A DNA stretch of 64,000 nucleotides. Source: Octopus sinensis. Lineage: Eukaryota. Location of the stretch: positions 95,418,001-95,482,000 of the forward strand of contig NC_043004.1 of NCBI RefSeq assembly GCF_006345805.1, read 5' to 3'. Shown one piece after another: positions 50,694 through 63,591 of this stretch (its first letter is position 1; each line of letters opens with the position of its first letter). The notes beneath the pieces are model-generated. The model did not search any database, was not told the origin of the DNA, and was given only the letters and a program-made list of their open reading frames with translations. Made by a program: the position numbers and the translations under genes.

Positions 50694-51284
50694 TATTATT
50701 ATTATTATTAATATTATTATTATTATTATTATTAATATTATTATTACTAATATTTCATAATTGTTCCCTACTTGTAACATTTATAACAGAACACTACACC
50801 AAAGAGTTAATAACTATTTTGCAGCTTCATACACTAACCAAAGCATCTACAAGCTACCTAACAAAAAAACTTTATTAAAATAGATAACTCTTGCCCCCGA
50901 GTAAAATGCAAATATTCTATACTTGTCTCACTTCTCATATAGAGAGAAAATATAGCAAACATCATCAACAACAACAACCACAATAACAACCATAATATTA
51001 ACAATAACAGTAATAACAAAAAGGAACATGAAACAAATATATATGATAAACAAAACAAAACAGAGAAACATCCCTGCTTCTTCCCCTTGCAACAAAAAAA
51101 GTGTGTGTGTGTGTGTGTACTTTTACAAAAAATGTAATATACCTAATTTCCATAAATGGTGACTACTAATTTATTGTACATTCCTTACTGAAAAGTTAGA
51201 GCATCGAGCCACAGAATATGATAGTTGGGTGAGGTAGAGGGCTAAAAGTAACCTCCAGCGACAAGGAAATTAATAATAATAATC

Positions 51285-51321
<37 letters not shown>

Positions 51322-51364
51322 TAATGATGATGCTGATGATAATAATAATAATGATAGTAATAAA

Positions 51365-51397
<33 letters not shown>

Positions 51398-51908
51398 TAT
51401 AATGAGGTGGTGTAATTGGTACACAAAGCATAAAAAATATAAAATATTGTGTGTGTGTATATATGAATATACATGTAGAGGGAAGCCTGTGCATATACAT
51501 CTATGTTAGAATATATATATGCATGTATGTGTGTGTTTGTGTGTGTGTGTGTGTATACACGAAAGAATAACGAAATCAAAAATAAATGTTATAAGGAAAC
51601 AACTAGCAATAAACAAACAAGTAAATAAATAAATAAATAAACAGGAATAGACACACACAGCAAAGTGTAAAACAAACAAAAAATTTTTTTTTAAAAAATG
51701 AAGAAATATATAAACATCAGAAGAGAAGTTTAACATTCTATTTTCTACATGTAAAGAGTAGATTAAATTGTTGAACTTTTTGGCCTCATTAGAAAGTTCT
51801 ACTGAAATTTTGATTCAAACAAGTTTGTTATATACATACATGCATACATACATGCATGCATGCATACATACATGCATACATACATACATACATACATACA
51901 TACATACA

Positions 51909-51983
<75 letters not shown>

Positions 51984-52044
51984 GTGACATCTTCATATGC
52001 TACTCATGATAGTTTACAAGAAATATATACTGTGAAGCTTTATA

Positions 52045-52079
<35 letters not shown>

Positions 52080-54223
52080 GCATGCATACATATATGTGTA
52101 TATATATAAATATATATATATACACATATATATATATATGATATATATTTATGCGTATGTATATATATATATATATTTATACACACACACATATGTGCGT
52201 ATTATATGTGCTTGTATGTCTATAACTAAACAGTCAAGAGACATAAATAATCAGAGTGCAATAATGCATATATACATATTTATACACACATATACATATA
52301 CATGTATGTGTGTGTGTATATATATATATATATTATATATATATATATATGCACACACATATATATATATCTGTATATGTGTCTGCGTGTGTGTGTCTGT
52401 GAGTGTGTGTGTATATATGTATATATACATTTATACAAGTATGAACATATATATATATATTTATATATGAATGTATGCATGTATGCTCACTTGTTTGGGT
52501 GTATATGCAAGCTAGTATTAATAGGAAATGAGAAAATCGAACATCTAAAAAAAGAAACCTAGACAATTATCAGAAAATGTATTCTGGCAGAACTTGTTTC
52601 AAGCAATTACTCACTGTTAGGAAATACTGTAAAATTTGAAATTACCAGCAATATTTTGGTAGCAGTCTTCTGTGTTTTGTTTGTTATTTATTACCTTCTT
52701 ATTGCATTTTTACATAATATCATATGTATGTATGTACGTATGTATGTATGTATGTATTTGAGTGTGTCTGTCTGTATATATGTGTGTGTGTGTGTGTGTG
52801 TGTATGTGTGTGTTTATATGTATGTTTGTATGTGCATGTGTCTGCATGTATGTTTGTATGTGTGCATCTGTATGTATGTATGTATGTATGTATGCATGTA
52901 TAAATGTATATATTTATGTGCGTCCCTGTGTATCTATCTGTATGTATGTGTGCATTTGTATGTATGCTTGCATGTTTGCATGTATGTGTGTATGTGTGTA
53001 TGTTTATATAAGTATGCTACATATGTGTGAGAGTGTGTGTGTACGTTTGTGTGTCTGTGTGTATATATATATATGTATATATATATACATGTGCGTATGT
53101 ATTTATATATGTGTGTGCACATATATATATGTATATATATATACACACACTCCAAGTGTGTGTATACATGTGTGAGGGTGTGTATGTATATATGTATGTG
53201 TCTCTAAGTATGTATTAAATACACCTACTGTGTTTATATTTTAAGTGTGGTATGCTTATATATTCATATGTATACAATTGATATAAGTGATCATAGTGTT
53301 AAATTGGTATGTGCACAAATACATATACACATACTTGCACACATATACATACACATACACATGCCATCACACACACATACATAGTCACACACATATTTGT
53401 ATGAGTGTATTCATTCCATATAAAACTATGTACGCCATGCATACTTAAATAAATATGGTTAAATTTCACAAAACATGGATGTGTGAGTGTGTGAGTTTGT
53501 GTGTATGTGTGTATGTGTGTGTGTGTGTTTTATCTAAATATACTGAGACATCTGTACACACAAACATATACATACAAATGTGCTTGTATGTGTTGGTGTT
53601 AACTGAAATTTCATGAATCATGTATATCTGCTCTAAAAATATATGCATACATCTTAAAGAAGTATATATGAATAACTGAGTATGCATGTGACTATGTATG
53701 TATGTATGTATGTATGTAAGTATGTATGTATGTCTGTATGTATGTATGTGTCTCTGTGTGTGAGTGTGTGTGTATGTGTGTATGCATGTATATATGTATG
53801 TATGTATGTATGTGTGTGTGTGAGTGTGTGTGTATGTATGTATGCATGTATCTATGTATGTATATATGTGTGTATATATATACATGTATGTATGTATGTA
53901 TGTATGTGTGTATGTATGTATGTATGTATGTGTGTGAGTGTGTGTGTATGTATGTATGTATGTATGTATGTGTGTGTGTGTGTGAGTGTGTGTGTGTATG
54001 TATGTATGTATGCATGTATGTATGTATATATGTATGTTTGTATGAATAAGATTATGTGTGTATTTTAGGTGTACTTGTCTCTGGAAGAAATTTAAAATAA
54101 TATTTAAATCAAAAATATCTTCAATAGTGAGTACACAGAGAAAGTCTGAAAATCTAATTCTTAAACAAATGTTAGTAAACTGACAAAGTTGATGTATAAG
54201 AAGTGATAAGATGATAGAGATAT

Positions 54224-54575
54224 AGGCACAGGAGTTCAGTTCAACTGCATGGCACCTTGGGTGTTTTCTACTATAGCCTTCGACCGACCAAAGCCTTGTG
54301 AGTGGATTTGGTAGATGGAAACTGATAGAAGTCATCGTATATATATGTATATGTATATATATGTGTGTTTGTGCGTCTGTGTTTGTCCCCCCAACATCGC
54401 TTGACAACCGATGCTGGTGTGTTTACATCCCCTTAACTTAGCAATTCAGCAAAAGAGACTGATAGAATAAATACTAGGCTTACAAAGAATAAGTCCTGGA
54501 GTTGATTTGCTCGACTAAAGGCAGTGCTCTAGCATGGCCGCATCAAATGACTAAAACAAGTAAAAGAGAGTAAAA
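54224..54575 (+). mobile_element. SINE family A with internal deletions
   Basis: Match to family A. Confidence 0.85.
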
Positions 54576-55105
54576 AAAAACAAGCTTCAGAATATAAAGA
54601 TTTATAAGGTATGAGTCCGTATCACAGGACTATTGATTGTGAAGTGTCTAACACCAAAGCATTTAACACATGGTGACTTTGAATTATTAACTGTTGGTAG
54701 ATACCACGAAGTAAGCACATCATACCATTGTAGGCAGTTGTACGCGATGTGTAAGGAAATAGTATTTTGTTTACTTATAGGATTCAAATCTTTACAAGGG
54801 TTTGGAGTAGATAGCATGAACTTAACCTTGTGTATTATTCTTTGAAAATTAAATAGATTTTCTAACACAAACACTAACAGAGAACTACGCTTGTACATTA
54901 AGTACCAACACATTGCTGAGTTTTTGATTATGCCAGTAATTCAACCAACACACAACCAACCTCACTGCTATAACTAACACCCAAATCACAACAGCTGCCA
55001 CTATTCCATTACTGCATACAACCACTAAAACAATCCATGTTGCTGTAACCTGTGCAATGCTGAGACAAAAACCATCACATGGCCTTACAAAATGGTGTTG
55101 CAAAA

Positions 55106-55225
55106 GCCAGTGGGCATATCACGTTGAAAGTACCGGTTCTCGTCCGATCACCGAAATTAAGCAACATCGAGCCTAGTTAGTACTTAGATGGGTGACCGCT
55201 TGGGAAACCTAGGTACTGTAAGCAT
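55106..55225 (+). pseudogene. 5S rRNA-derived sequence (pseudogene or SINE3 head)
   Basis: CATATCACGTTGAAAGTACCGGTTCTCGTCCGATCACCGAAATTAAGCAAC...GTTAGTACTTAGATGGGTGACCGCTTGGGAA matches eukaryotic 5S, including the box A/C regions. The 5' GCCAGT does not pair with the 3' GTAAGC, so helix I is broken. Single copy, followed by a retroposon tail (55238-55290) rather than a T-run. Confidence 0.9.
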
Positions 55226-55690
55226 TCTATAAAAATTGGCAGTGCCCCAGCATGGCCATAGCTCATGAGCTGAAACTAGATAAAATAAAATTAAAAAAAT
55301 AAAAAATATTGAAGAATAATAAATAGCAACAGAAATATACCATTTGGTATTAATTATTTTTAATAAGCCCTTTTTATATTAGTAGACCTTTTGATATTAA
55401 CACTGTTTCTGTTGCTATTAATTGCTTTCTAACTCCACTGGCTATTTCTCACACCACTACCTGAATAAGACACTGAGATTCAATATATATATCACTGACA
55501 AAGAAATCGCTGCTATCTCTAGTTGTGGACATCTACCATTGACAAGGCCAAGGAAGGCTGGTATCACACGATCTATTAGTTCCAAGCGCAGTAGCAGACA
55601 ATTATCTCCTGCTGGCAATACAAGCACATGTATTAGCAAACGCCAGAACGTAAGTGAGCAAAATGAAGGCAAAGATATAAAATATAGATT

Positions 55691-55764
55691 AATCACAAAC
55701 TAGGTTTCGTTGTTAATGCTTACGTAATCATTTACGTAATTATCCACAACTCGTCAGTGTGATC
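55691..55764 (-). ncRNA. Type I hammerhead ribozyme motif, family 2 (long stem II)
   Basis: GATCACA-CTGACGA-GTTGT...ACAAC-GAAAC-CTA-GTT^TGTGATT. Stem I is 7 bp and stem II extends via TAAT/ATTA and TACGTAA/TTACGTA. Position 17 is U, which is unfavourable. Confidence 0.7.
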
Positions 55765-56199
55765 GTCTTTGCAAATATAAATTGCAGAACTATGCACAAG
55801 ACGTCTGCATGAGATTGACCACAAGTTCATACGTGAGGTTCTCTTGTTGTAAGTAAAGCAGTATTCTGTGTTCTAACACAACATCCACTTTTAAGTAGTG
55901 ATAAATATTTCCTGCTTCATATCTCTTGAAGTATCTTTTATCTTCTACTTCTTTCAGTCATTAGACTGCAGCCATGCTGGGGCACCACCTTCAAGAATTT
56001 AGTTGACTGAATCAACCCCAGTACTTGATTTGTTTTCTTTCTTTTTAATCTGGTACTTATTCTATTGGTTTCTTTTTGCTGAGCCACTAAGTTATGGAGA
56101 GACAAACACACCACCAGCAGTTGTCAAACAGTGATAGAGTACAGATACAAAGACATACACACACACGTGTGCACACACATGCACACATATATATATATT

Positions 56200-57281
56200 T
56201 ACAAGGGGGAGTCAAAAATTATATGCACTCTTGTTTTTCACATGTCTCCTCACAAAAAGCAGGGGATAAACAAGTACATTATTTCTCTATATACTTTCCC
56301 TCCTTTTCGATGTACTTGGTCCAATGGTCCACAAGTGTATGTATTCCCTCCAAGAAGAAGGTTTTCGGTTGGTCATGCAACTACTTATGCACTGCTTCCT
56401 TCACATCTTCATCAGTAGGAAATCAGCAACCTTGCAAACCATTTTTGACTAATCCAGAGTTATGATAATCAGAAGGGGCAAAATCTGGGCTGTAGGCAGA
56501 GTGATCCAGCACTGAAGAAAGGCTGAAGACGCTCGACCTTTATTCTCTAGAAAAACGACCACGCCGTGGTGATCTCATTCTTGCTCACAACATCATAAGC
56601 GGAAAGTTTAACCTCTCAAAAGAGCTGTTCTTCACTCCTGCTCCAGAGCGTCAGCTGCGGGGTCACTCTGAAAAGCTCTATCTGCAACGATTTCATCTCA
56701 ATCGAAGGAGAGGGGCTTCCTCTGTCTGGGTTGCGGATCCGTGAAATAAGCTGCCGGACGAGATGGTGAAGATGCCGACGACCGCACAGTTCAAAGTCTC
56801 CCTTGACCACAAGTGGCCTGAACTCTTTACATGAACACCACCTGTACATAACTCCATGTCCCCCTACATGGCCTTGCTTTTTGCTTTTTGAGCCAAAAAT
56901 TAACTAACATAACTAACTTCAAAACCCAGTCGGTTAATGGTTTCAATGGTCTGGCCATGCAACAACAAAACTTTCTTTGACAATAGGCTTCAGGAATTGC
57001 TGACTTCAGTTTGTTGGCCAGCAAAGTACTGTATCTTGCACTGTTGATCATACACCCCTTTTCCAGAGAAATCAGATCACTGCTCTTTGTTTTTCTTTGG
57101 TGCACATTGCTAGGGGATCAGCCATACTTACACTGTAAAGCCAGAGAAAGAATGGCATGATAAGGTTCAAACTTTGATGACATGACCACAATAGTACCAA
57201 CTATAAGCATGCATGCAGTGTGATAATAATAAAGATATGTCATGGTGAAAGTGCAGATAATTTTTTATTTCTCCTTGTGTA
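56200..57281 (-). mobile_element. Internally deleted mariner interrupted by a CR1 fragment
   Basis: Decayed TIRs TACAAGGGGGAGTCAAAAATTATATGCAC / GTGCAGATAATTTTTTATTTCTCCTTGTGTA. Translates EKGCMINSARYSTLLANKLKSAI and GFEVLDHSAYSPDFAPSDYH once the CR1 is removed. Confidence 0.85.
56513..56917 (+). mobile_element. CR1-clade LINE 3' end (5'-truncated)
   Basis: Translates EERLKTLDLYSLEKRPRRGDLILAHNII...LRGHSEKL...NKLPDEMV...FKVSLD, stop at 56834, with a tail ...AACTAACATAACTAAC. Confidence 0.88.
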
Positions 57282-57305
57282 TATATATATATACATATAT
57301 ATATA

Positions 57306-57707
57306 AGGGATGACCTGTAAGTGGACATCCATTATGCTAGAAGAAGATCCGCTATGGTCTTACCACTAACAAAAGAATGTTCTCAAGAAAATTTAGCAAA
57401 CGCCAGAACGTAAGTGAGCAAGACAGATGAAAAGATATAAAATATAAATTAATCACAATCCAGGTTTCGTTGTTAATGCTTACATAATCATTTACTTAAT
57501 TATCCACAACTCGTCAGTGAGATTGTCTTTGCAAATATAATTTGCAGAAACTATACATAAAACGTCTGCATGAGATTGAACATGTATACAGTTCTACCAA
57601 TTACAATTGGGATCACTTTTTAAAAGCCTTCGTTTTGGCACACCAAACTACCGGAAATATTTCTGCAGAAAATAATTCTCTGCAGTGAATTTTGCCAGTT
57701 AGAGAAC
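57306..57707 (-). mobile_element. About 400 bp HHR-bearing element (family 2) between (TA)n runs; HHR at 57451-57524
   Basis: About 190 bp shared with 55630-55815 (HHR offset exactly 1760 bp). It sits inside the TA spacer of a split SINE A (55955-56150 and 57754-57860). Confidence 0.7.
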
Positions 57708-57753
<46 letters not shown>

Positions 57754-59571
57754 CGATGGACTTCTTTCAGTTTCTGTCTACCAAATCCATTTACAAGGCT
57801 TTGGTTAGTCTGAGGTTATCGTAGAAAAGACACTAGCCCATGGTGCCACACAGTGGCAGTAAAGTTTGCTCCAGCAGAACATCCATGTTTAAGAGGGAAT
57901 AAATATTAGCAGCTTGATAATGACAATGCTATTTTATTAAATTCTTCCTTATTTTTAAAACTAAGTGAAACGAAGACAGTGTATTTCAATAGAAATATGG
58001 TTATAAAAGGGTTAAAGATAATATTCCACTGCTTATAATGATATAATGTATCTGTCCATGGTACCTGTTTACATTGAAATGAGTTTGGCTGGCTGGCAAG
58101 ACTGTCATAATAATGTACATTGTATAAGTGATGGAGAAGATACGAAGCATCAGTGTCTGGGAAGAAGGGGGAAACCCTATCACTAAGTCGATCAAACAAT
58201 ATAAAAACTAATTTCATGGTGAGAAAACAACAACAATAACAACAACAGTGGTAACTCTTCAAATTAACTACACTAAGCCAAAAGGGTAAGAACAAAACAG
58301 AAAAAAGAACAAATCGGGAAAAATAAAATTACAGAAAACAAAAACCAGTTTATGACATTTAAATCCCATAAATCAATTATATCAGAGATACCCAAGAACT
58401 GTTAATGTCTGAACAAATCAGGAGAAGTACTGATGGCTTCTGGTTGAACATTAAAAATTCAAGTAGTGGGAGGTATTTGTTTATTTATTTTTAAATGACA
58501 GATATGGCCTGATTAACTGAACAGAAAAAAAAATGTAAAACAATGCAAACAACGACAATAATAATAATAATAGTAACAATAATAACAGCAACAACAATGA
58601 AATGGAAAAAGACTCTAGAGAGAAAAAAAAACATAAAATAAAATCTTGATAAAAACCCCAGGGAGGTGGGGTGAAATTAACACAAAAAAAATGAAAATTA
58701 ATGTGGATTTATGACAGCTTGAGAAAAAAGATCTTTAAAATGATTTATTATTATTATAATTATTATTAGAATAATAATTTTTTAAACGTAATTGTGGCAA
58801 TTATTGGAGAGAGATACAGACAGACACAGACCAAGATAAGCTTTCAGTAAGCAATGTTTTTGACCTGGTTTCAATCCTTAGCTGTAAACATTTGTCTTTG
58901 CTTACATTGCCAACATCCGTGAAATGGAATGAATGCTACAGTTTCCCATTTCCATTTTCCTTTTTTTAAAAAAAGATCAATATTATCATCACTATTGTCA
59001 TTACCAGTATAGTATTGCACTGATTGCTTTTATTGTTTCAAATTGCATTTGCAGTGACTGTCTTTCATCTGTTTAAGGTCAATAAGATTTACAATGCTGT
59101 CTATTCTGCTAAATTAACCTCTGCACCAAGGCTAATAAAACAAATAATATCATGTTAAATGTGCATGCAAGCATACATGTGCATGCACATACATGCATCT
59201 CTGATTAGGTTACATAACTGGGAGAAAAATTTTTAAGCCAATATTAATCAGAAGCAAGGCAGCAAGCTGGCAGAATCATTAGCACACTGGACAAAATGCC
59301 TAGCAGCATTGCATCCGTCTTTATGTTCTGAGTTCAAATTCCACCAAAGTTGACTTTGCCTTTCATTTTTCCGCTGCCAATAAAATAAGTGCCAGCTGAG
59401 TACTAGGGTTGATGTAATCGATTTACCTCCTTCCCTGAAATTGCTGGCCAAAATTTGAAAGTGATATTAACCATAAAGTTAAACAAAAAAACATGAAATA
59501 TTTTCACTGTAGATATGATCAATATTTGAATGTATTTGATACTGCTAACCATCATTATTGTAACAAACATA

Positions 59572-59960
59572 AGGCGGCGAGCTGGCAGAATCGTTAGCAT
59601 GCTGGGAAAAATGTTAATGGTATTTCGTCTGCCGCTATGTTCTGAGTTCAAATTCCACTGAGGTCGACTTTGCCTTTCATCCTTTCGGGGTTGATTAAAT
59701 AAGTACCAGTTACGCACTGGGGTCAGTATAATTGACTTAATCCATTTGTCTGTCCTTGTTTGTCCTCTCTGTGTTTAGCCCCGCTGTGGGCAATAAAGAA
59801 ATAAATATTTCACCTGGCGCTACGTTCTGAGTTCAAATCCTGCCAAGGTCAACTTTGCCTTTCATCTTTTCAGGGTTGGTAAAATAAGTACCAGTGAAAC
59901 ACTTGGAGTCAATGTAATCGACTAGTCCCCTCCCCAAAAATTTCGGGCCATGTGCCTACA
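59572..59960 (+). mobile_element. SINE B plus a second, older body unit (tandem). Other decayed B-like copies lie at about 45590-45720, 59250-59460, 60270-60450 and 63915-64000
   Basis: Tail AAAGAAATA at 59803 is followed by AATATTTCACCTGGCGCTACGTTCTGAG, which is the same body entry point as in the other arrays. Confidence 0.8.
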
Positions 59961-60447
59961 GTAGAAAGGATCATTGGAAGGAGAAAAACTTTTCAGTATA
60001 TATCTTCATTATTATTGACATCAGCATTGTCATCGTTTCACATGTTTTCCATGCTGGCATGAGTTGAAACAACATGTAAAGGACAGAATTAGATTGGATT
60101 ACATTGGACTGGATTCAGTCCACTGCAGGACAAGACCTCAGTAGGGTCTTTCCACCAACTACAGTCCAATGTGACAGTCATAAATTTGAGCTTGAGATCA
60201 TACTGGTTCGATGAGCCTGCTCTGCCAGGCTGGCTTTGACATGCAGAGGAGTGCAGTTTTTATGCTCTTATCAAGGAGTAGTTAAGTCGATTACATTAAT
60301 CCCAGTGTTCAAATGGTACTTAATTAATCGACCCCCCAAACTAATTAAAGCATACTTGATCTCGGTGAAATTTGAACTCAGAATGTAAGGACAGACAAAA
60401 TATCACTAAGCATTTCACCCAGCATGCTAACAATTCTGCCAGCTTGC

Positions 60448-60826
60448 AGGTGAGGCCCAGTTAGAATTTTCTTCAGCTCAAGTAGCCCATCCTGTTCAAA
60501 ATGTCCCTGAATAAGGTTTGTTTAAAGATATTGAACAAAACACCCATGTTTCCAGAGATGAATTATCCAAACCCCAAAGAATCCCTCTCAACACATGGCT
60601 ATGATGCTCCCCCACTACTTCTGCTCGTGATCAGAGATGCACATATCGTCAGCCACTAGTTGATATGCTCAACTGGTTACGGTCAAACAACTGACAAGCA
60701 AATCTGTGGTAGTGAGCAGAATATTTGCTGTAGCCCATCTTTTATACCAAGACAAAACAATGTACATGATAGCACTTCCAGTCAGTTAAGATCAAAAGCC
60801 ACTGCCTGGTACTGCATCAGGGCATT

Positions 60827-60829
<3 letters not shown>
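60448..60829. repeat. Unclassified interspersed repeat, with a second copy at about 63606-63865
   Basis: Shared CAACACATGGCTATGATGCTCCCCC...GCAGAATATTTGCTGTAGCCCATCTTTTATACCAAGACAAAACAATGTACATGATAGCACTT. Confidence 0.85.
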
Positions 60830-60863
<34 letters not shown>

Positions 60864-60866
<3 letters not shown>

Positions 60867-60940
60867 GCGGTGCCCCAGCAATGGCGGTGCCCCAGCATGG
60901 CACAGCTCATGAGCTGAAACTAGATAAAATGAAAATGAAA
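60864..60940 (+). mobile_element. Isolated retroposon 3' tail in (TAA)n, the same tail as on the 5S chimera
   Basis: GGCGGTGCCCCAGCATGGCACAGCTCATGAGCTGAAACTAGATAAAATGAAAATG, with the first 17 nt duplicated. Confidence 0.8.
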
Positions 60941-60969
60941 TAATAATAATAATAATTATTATTATTATA

Positions 60970-61008
<39 letters not shown>

Positions 61009-62289
61009 TCATTCTTCTGAGGCAGATGACATAAAGTACTAGAGAAGAACAGGGGACAGTTTCATTAACAGAATCCCACTGAAAACTGTGTGGGCCTTGA
61101 ACTTTCACTTGAAAACATTGAACAATTTAGCAGAATACGTAGAGAAGTAGATTACATTGTCATGAACTATCAGTCATGTGCCAATAAATTCTGAGTTCAA
61201 ATCTTGTCAGCATTTCCTCCTTTTCTTGTTTAATAAAATAAGCACCAATAATTAGTAATGGCAACCAAATAAGTACCAATAATTAATAATAGCAACAAAA
61301 ATGTTCTGATGAGCCTATGTAAGTAATTATTAATATCATAATCGTCATTGCCATCATCGTTTCCCATTCGTTGTCCAAGCTTGCATGGTTGGATGGGTTG
61401 ACAGGATCCAGTAATCCGCAGGACTACGTCTTACTCCAGTGTCTCAGTTTTCACATAGTTTTCTACAGCTGGGTGACCTTCCTAATACTGACCATTTTAC
61501 AGAATATACTAGGTGCTTGTTTCGTGGCACCAGCACTAGTAAGGTTACCCAATAATTCACAAGACTAAAATGTCCCCTAAACTGAGAAAGGTGACTTTGG
61601 CAAAATGTTCAGGTGTGTTTAAAGTATGATATAGAAAAAGAACAGGAACAGATTTATTGTTTTGGAGATAATTCAACCCAGCAAAAATCAGCAACGTCCC
61701 TAGTCAAAAGAAATATTTATTTTTAAGGCCACGCTTCAGTTTTTTTTTTCAGTTTTTTTTGGCAATTTGTATTTTGTTTGTTAGTTTTAATGAAATAAAT
61801 CAATAGTATTTTCTGTATTCATTTTATTCTTTTATCTGCCAAACCCTCTTTCTCCCTTTCTTATGGAGTTTTGATGTTCAGTTAAAAATTAATTGTACAT
61901 TGAAGTTATGGAACTGTTCCCTCTTCATTAAAATACTTGAAATTATTTGGATATTATAGTTGTTGTTGTTGTTACTATTGTTATAGCTTTTTTTATTCGT
62001 TATTGTCATTATTTCCTTGATCTTGATCTTGATGTTGTTGTTATTATTCATATCAGAGTGGATATAGTAGTTACTATACTATATCATTCTCACTATTAGG
62101 ACCTCTCCTTCCATTTTTTTTTGTTTTTCATGGCTGTTCTGTTTTGTATTATAGTATTTTTTTTCATTTTTCTTTCATTTTATTTTTTCCATAATTGATT
62201 CTACAAAATACCCCACCATTATTTTAATTTGTCCCTGTAATGTCTCCTCGTTTTCTCCACCACCTTTACGGCAAGTAAAGAATTTATCA

Positions 62290-62740
62290 TTAATATTATT
62301 ATTATTATTATTATTATTATGATTATTATTATTATTGTTGTTATTATCATCATCATCATTATCATTATCACTATCATTATTATTGTTGTTGTTGTTGTTG
62401 TTGTTATTATCATCATCATCATCATTATTATTATTACTATTATTATTATTGTTGTTGTTGTTATTATCATCATCATCATTATTATTATTACTATTATTAT
62501 TATTGTTGTTGTTGTTGTTATTATCATCATCATCATCATTATTATCACTATCATTATTATTGTTGTTGTTGTTGTTGTTGTTATTATCATCATCATCATC
62601 ATTATTATTATTACTATCATTATTATTGTTGTTGTTGTTGTCATTGTTATTGTTGTTGTTGTTATCATCATCATCACCAATACCATTATTATTCGAAAAT
62701 GTTAGACATTATTATTATTATTATTGTTGTTGTTGTTGCT
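62290..62740. repeat. Compound (ATT)n/(GTT)n/(ATC)n array with higher-order periodicity
   Basis: Repeating blocks of about 60 bp in the order TTA-GTT-ATC. Confidence 0.9.
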
Positions 62741-63096
62741 AGTTTTTTTAAAAAATAAATTTTACTGCTTATCAGCATTGCCGCCATTGTTGTTCTTCCG
62801 TATTGTTGCTCGTTGTTGTTGTTTTTGTTTTTGTTGTTGTTGTTGTGAAATGAGTGTTAATATTGTTGCTATTGTATTGGTTTGCAATTATTGTTGTATA
62901 GGCTGCATAGTTATTCTAGTGTCGATAACTGGTGGAGGTGATGGCGTGGTGTTGCTTGAAGTAGCCATTGTTTTGGGGGGTTTTTTGTGTGTTGTTATTG
63001 CTTACACAGTTATTGTTACTGTTGTGATTCTTATCTTTAATGGTGTTTTATTATTACAATTTTTGAAAGCACTATTTTACTACTAAAACAACAACA

Positions 63097-63135
<39 letters not shown>

Positions 63136-63196
63136 GATATTATTATCATTATTATCCTTATCATTGAGTGTACTACTTCTACTATTATTACTATTC

Positions 63197-63247
<51 letters not shown>

Positions 63248-63252
<5 letters not shown>

Positions 63253-63468
63253 TAGTTTTATTTTTATAGCGTGCTTTCACTTCACTACCGAGCGCAGCTC
63301 TGTGTGCCTTGGGTATGTGCTGTGGTTCGCTGTGATGCTCTTATGGTTACTGTATTGAAAGTGTTTTGCGTAGGATGTGTGCAGTGCCCAGTAATGCAAT
63401 TTTCTGTATGTTATATATATTTGTAAGTTCTGGTGTTTTTGTTATGTATTTGTCTGAATATTTTTTTA
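63248..63468 (-). mobile_element. Third R4/Dong family 3' end with its tail in (TAA)n
   Basis: Translates KKYSDKYITKTPELTNIYNIQKIALLGTAHILRKTLSIQ*, then a short UTR ending in (TAA)n. Confidence 0.85.
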
Positions 63469-63515
63469 TCGTCGTCGTCGTCCGTCGTCCGTCGGCGGCG
63501 GCGGCGGCGGCGGCG

Positions 63516-63591
<76 letters not shown>

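Noticed and set aside
1022-54407. Dozens of long ORFs rich in Y/I/C/V/H/T (for example 3587-4528, 27246-28274, 53466-54407)
   Set aside because: They are translations of (TA)n, (CA)n, (TG)n, (GATA)n and (CATA)n arrays, which lack stop codons in some frames. There is no coding signal.
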